DNA from: Kiritimatiellia bacterium
Lineage (GTDB): Bacteria > Verrucomicrobiota > Kiritimatiellia > JAAZAB01
NCBI GenBank assembly: GCA_040767085.1
Contig: JAXGPF010000007.1
Span: 96,001-160,000, forward strand
Length of the DNA stretch: 64,000 bases
Direction: 5' to 3'
Shown: positions 62,608 to 64,000 of the stretch, piece after piece
Numbering within the stretch: position 1 is the first letter of the stretch
How the letters are laid out: every line of letters starts with the position of its first letter
Notes under the pieces: model-generated
Database searches by the model: none
What the model was told of the DNA's origin: nothing
What the model saw: only the letters and a program-made list of their open reading frames with translations
Translations under genes and position numbers: made by a program

Positions 62608-64000
62608 TTATGCGCCGCGGCGCGGCCAGCCGGCCGCCTGCTCGTACGCGTGGCCGACGCGCAGGATGACGTCTTCGCGGAAAGCCGGCCCGACAACCTG
62701 CAACCCCACCGGCAACCCGGCGGCGGTGAAGCCGCAGGGCACGGACAGGGCGCAGTTTCCCGCCAGATTGGCCGGCACGGTGAAAATATCGCCGAGATAC
62801 ATCTGCAGCGGGTTGTCCAGCACCTCGCCCAGCTTGTAGGCCGCGGTTGGCGTCACAGGCGCCAGGAGGGCGTCGCATTCCCGGAACGCCCCGGCAAAAT
62901 CGTCGCGGATGAGCGCCCGCGCCTTCTGGGCGCGGACGTAATAGGCGTCGTAATACCCGCTGCTCAAAACATAAGCCCCCAGGATGATGCGCCGCTTGAC
63001 CTCGGCGCCGAATCCAGCGGCGCGGGTGCGGCAATACATTTCATCCGGATCGGCGGCATCCGCCGCCCGGCGGCCGTAGCGCACGCCGTCGAAACGCGCC
63101 AGATTGGCGGAAGCCTCCGCGCAGGAGATGATGTAATACGCCGCCACGGCGTGTCTGGTCGTGGGCAGGCTGACTTCCGTCAGCCGTGCGCCCAGCCGCT
63201 CGCACGCGCGGATCGCCGTTTGCACGGCCTGCTCCACTTCCGGGGCAATGCCGCCGACGAAATATTCGCGCGGCAACCCCAGCCGCAAGCCCCGCAAATC
63301 CGGCTGCAGCGCCGCCTGTAAATCCGGCAGCGGCAGGTCGGCGGCGGTGGAATCCAGGGGATCGCTCCCGCCCATCACTGCCAGCAGCCGGGCGGCGTCG
63401 GCAACCGTTTTCGTCAGCGGCCCGATCTGATCCAGGGAAGAGGCGAAAGCCGTCAGTCCGTAGCGCGACACGCGGCCGTAGGATGGTTTCAGGCCCACGC
63501 AGCCGCAAAAGGCCGCGGGCTGCCGCACCGATCCGCCGGTGTCCGAGCCCAGGGCGGCCAAAGCTTCATCCGCCGCCACCATCGCCGCCGAGCCGCCGCT
63601 GGAACCGCCCGGCACCCGGGAAGCATCCCAGGGATTGCGGGTGATTTTGACCGCGGAATTTTCCGTGGTCGAACCCATGGCGAATTCATCCATATTGGCG
63701 CGTCCCAAAAAAACCGCGCCGGCGGCGCGCAGGCGGGCGATCGCCGTGGCATCGTAAGGCGCCGTATAGCCCTCCAGGATGCGGGAAGCGCACCCGCAAG
63801 GTTGGCCGGCAACGTTGATGACATCCTTGACGGCCAGGGGCACGCCCAGCAGGGGCGCGCGGCGGCCGTCGCGCCGCTGGGCGTCCGCTGCGCGCGCCTG
63901 GCGCAGCGCGTCCTCTTCATCCAGGTGAACATAGGCGCCCAGTTCGCCGTCCCGGGCGCGGATGGAATCCAGCAAATCGCCGACCAGCTCTTCCGAGGTA
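62608..64000 (-). CDS. gatA: Asp/Glu-tRNA amidotransferase subunit A, 5'-truncated by window
   Basis: NMDEFAMGS, PGGSSGGSA, GSDTGGSVRQPA, EVKRRIILG. Confidence 0.96.
   Translation of the reverse strand, partial: TSEELVGDLLDSIRARDGELGAYVHLDEEDALRQARAADAQRRDGRRAPLLGVPLAVKDVINVAGQPCGCASRILEGYTAPYDATAIARLRAAGAVFLGRANMDEFAMGSTTENSAVKITRNPWDASRVPGGSSGGSAAMVAADEALAALGSDTGGSVRQPAAFCGCVGLKPSYGRVSRYGLTAFASSLDQIGPLTKTVADAARLLAVMGGSDPLDSTAADLPLPDLQAALQPDLRGLRLGLPREYFVGGIAPEVEQAVQTAIRACERLGARLTEVSLPTTRHAVAAYYIISCAEASANLARFDGVRYGRRAADAADPDEMYCRTRAAGFGAEVKRRIILGAYVLSSGYYDAYYVRAQKARALIRDDFAGAFRECDALLAPVTPTAAYKLGEVLDNPLQMYLGDIFTVPANLAGNCALSVPCGFTAAGLPVGLQVVGPAFREDVILRVGHAYEQAAGWPRRGA

Overview
GC-rich bacterial chromosome segment, most likely PVC superphylum (Kiritimatiellota/Lentisphaerota-like). 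This is an inference from gene order (dnaK-groES-groL; HU/IHF-hisS; gatA-gatB-pilB-pilT-pilB) and from (A/G)|FTLxEL prepilin-type genes. Most of the window is housekeeping and metabolism: ettA, cls, priA, rpoD, chaperones, hisS, a TRAP transporter, recN, mtnP, an msbA-like exporter, trxB, a dimeric dUTPase, pilus ATPases, gatAB and two tRNAs. An accessory block at about 12.3-30.4 kb carries a 2090-aa surface protein, three pilin-like genes, a TPR/lyase-like protein and dense, nested palindromic repeats. The most interesting items are: (1) an uncharacterised two-gene operon (43170-46634) whose membrane segments resemble a MotA/MotB-type ion-driven motor, but whose B subunit carries a long coiled coil instead of a peptidoglycan-binding domain; (2) a highly structured candidate ncRNA downstream of priA; (3) GTAG-type REPs carrying a 27-bp mini-element inserted with a 2-bp duplication, with REP copies bracketing the adhesin and pilin genes; (4) a sigma-54-type promoter for dnaK-groESL. 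No CRISPR array, reverse transcriptase, integrase or transposase was seen. All calls are by eye, without database searches.
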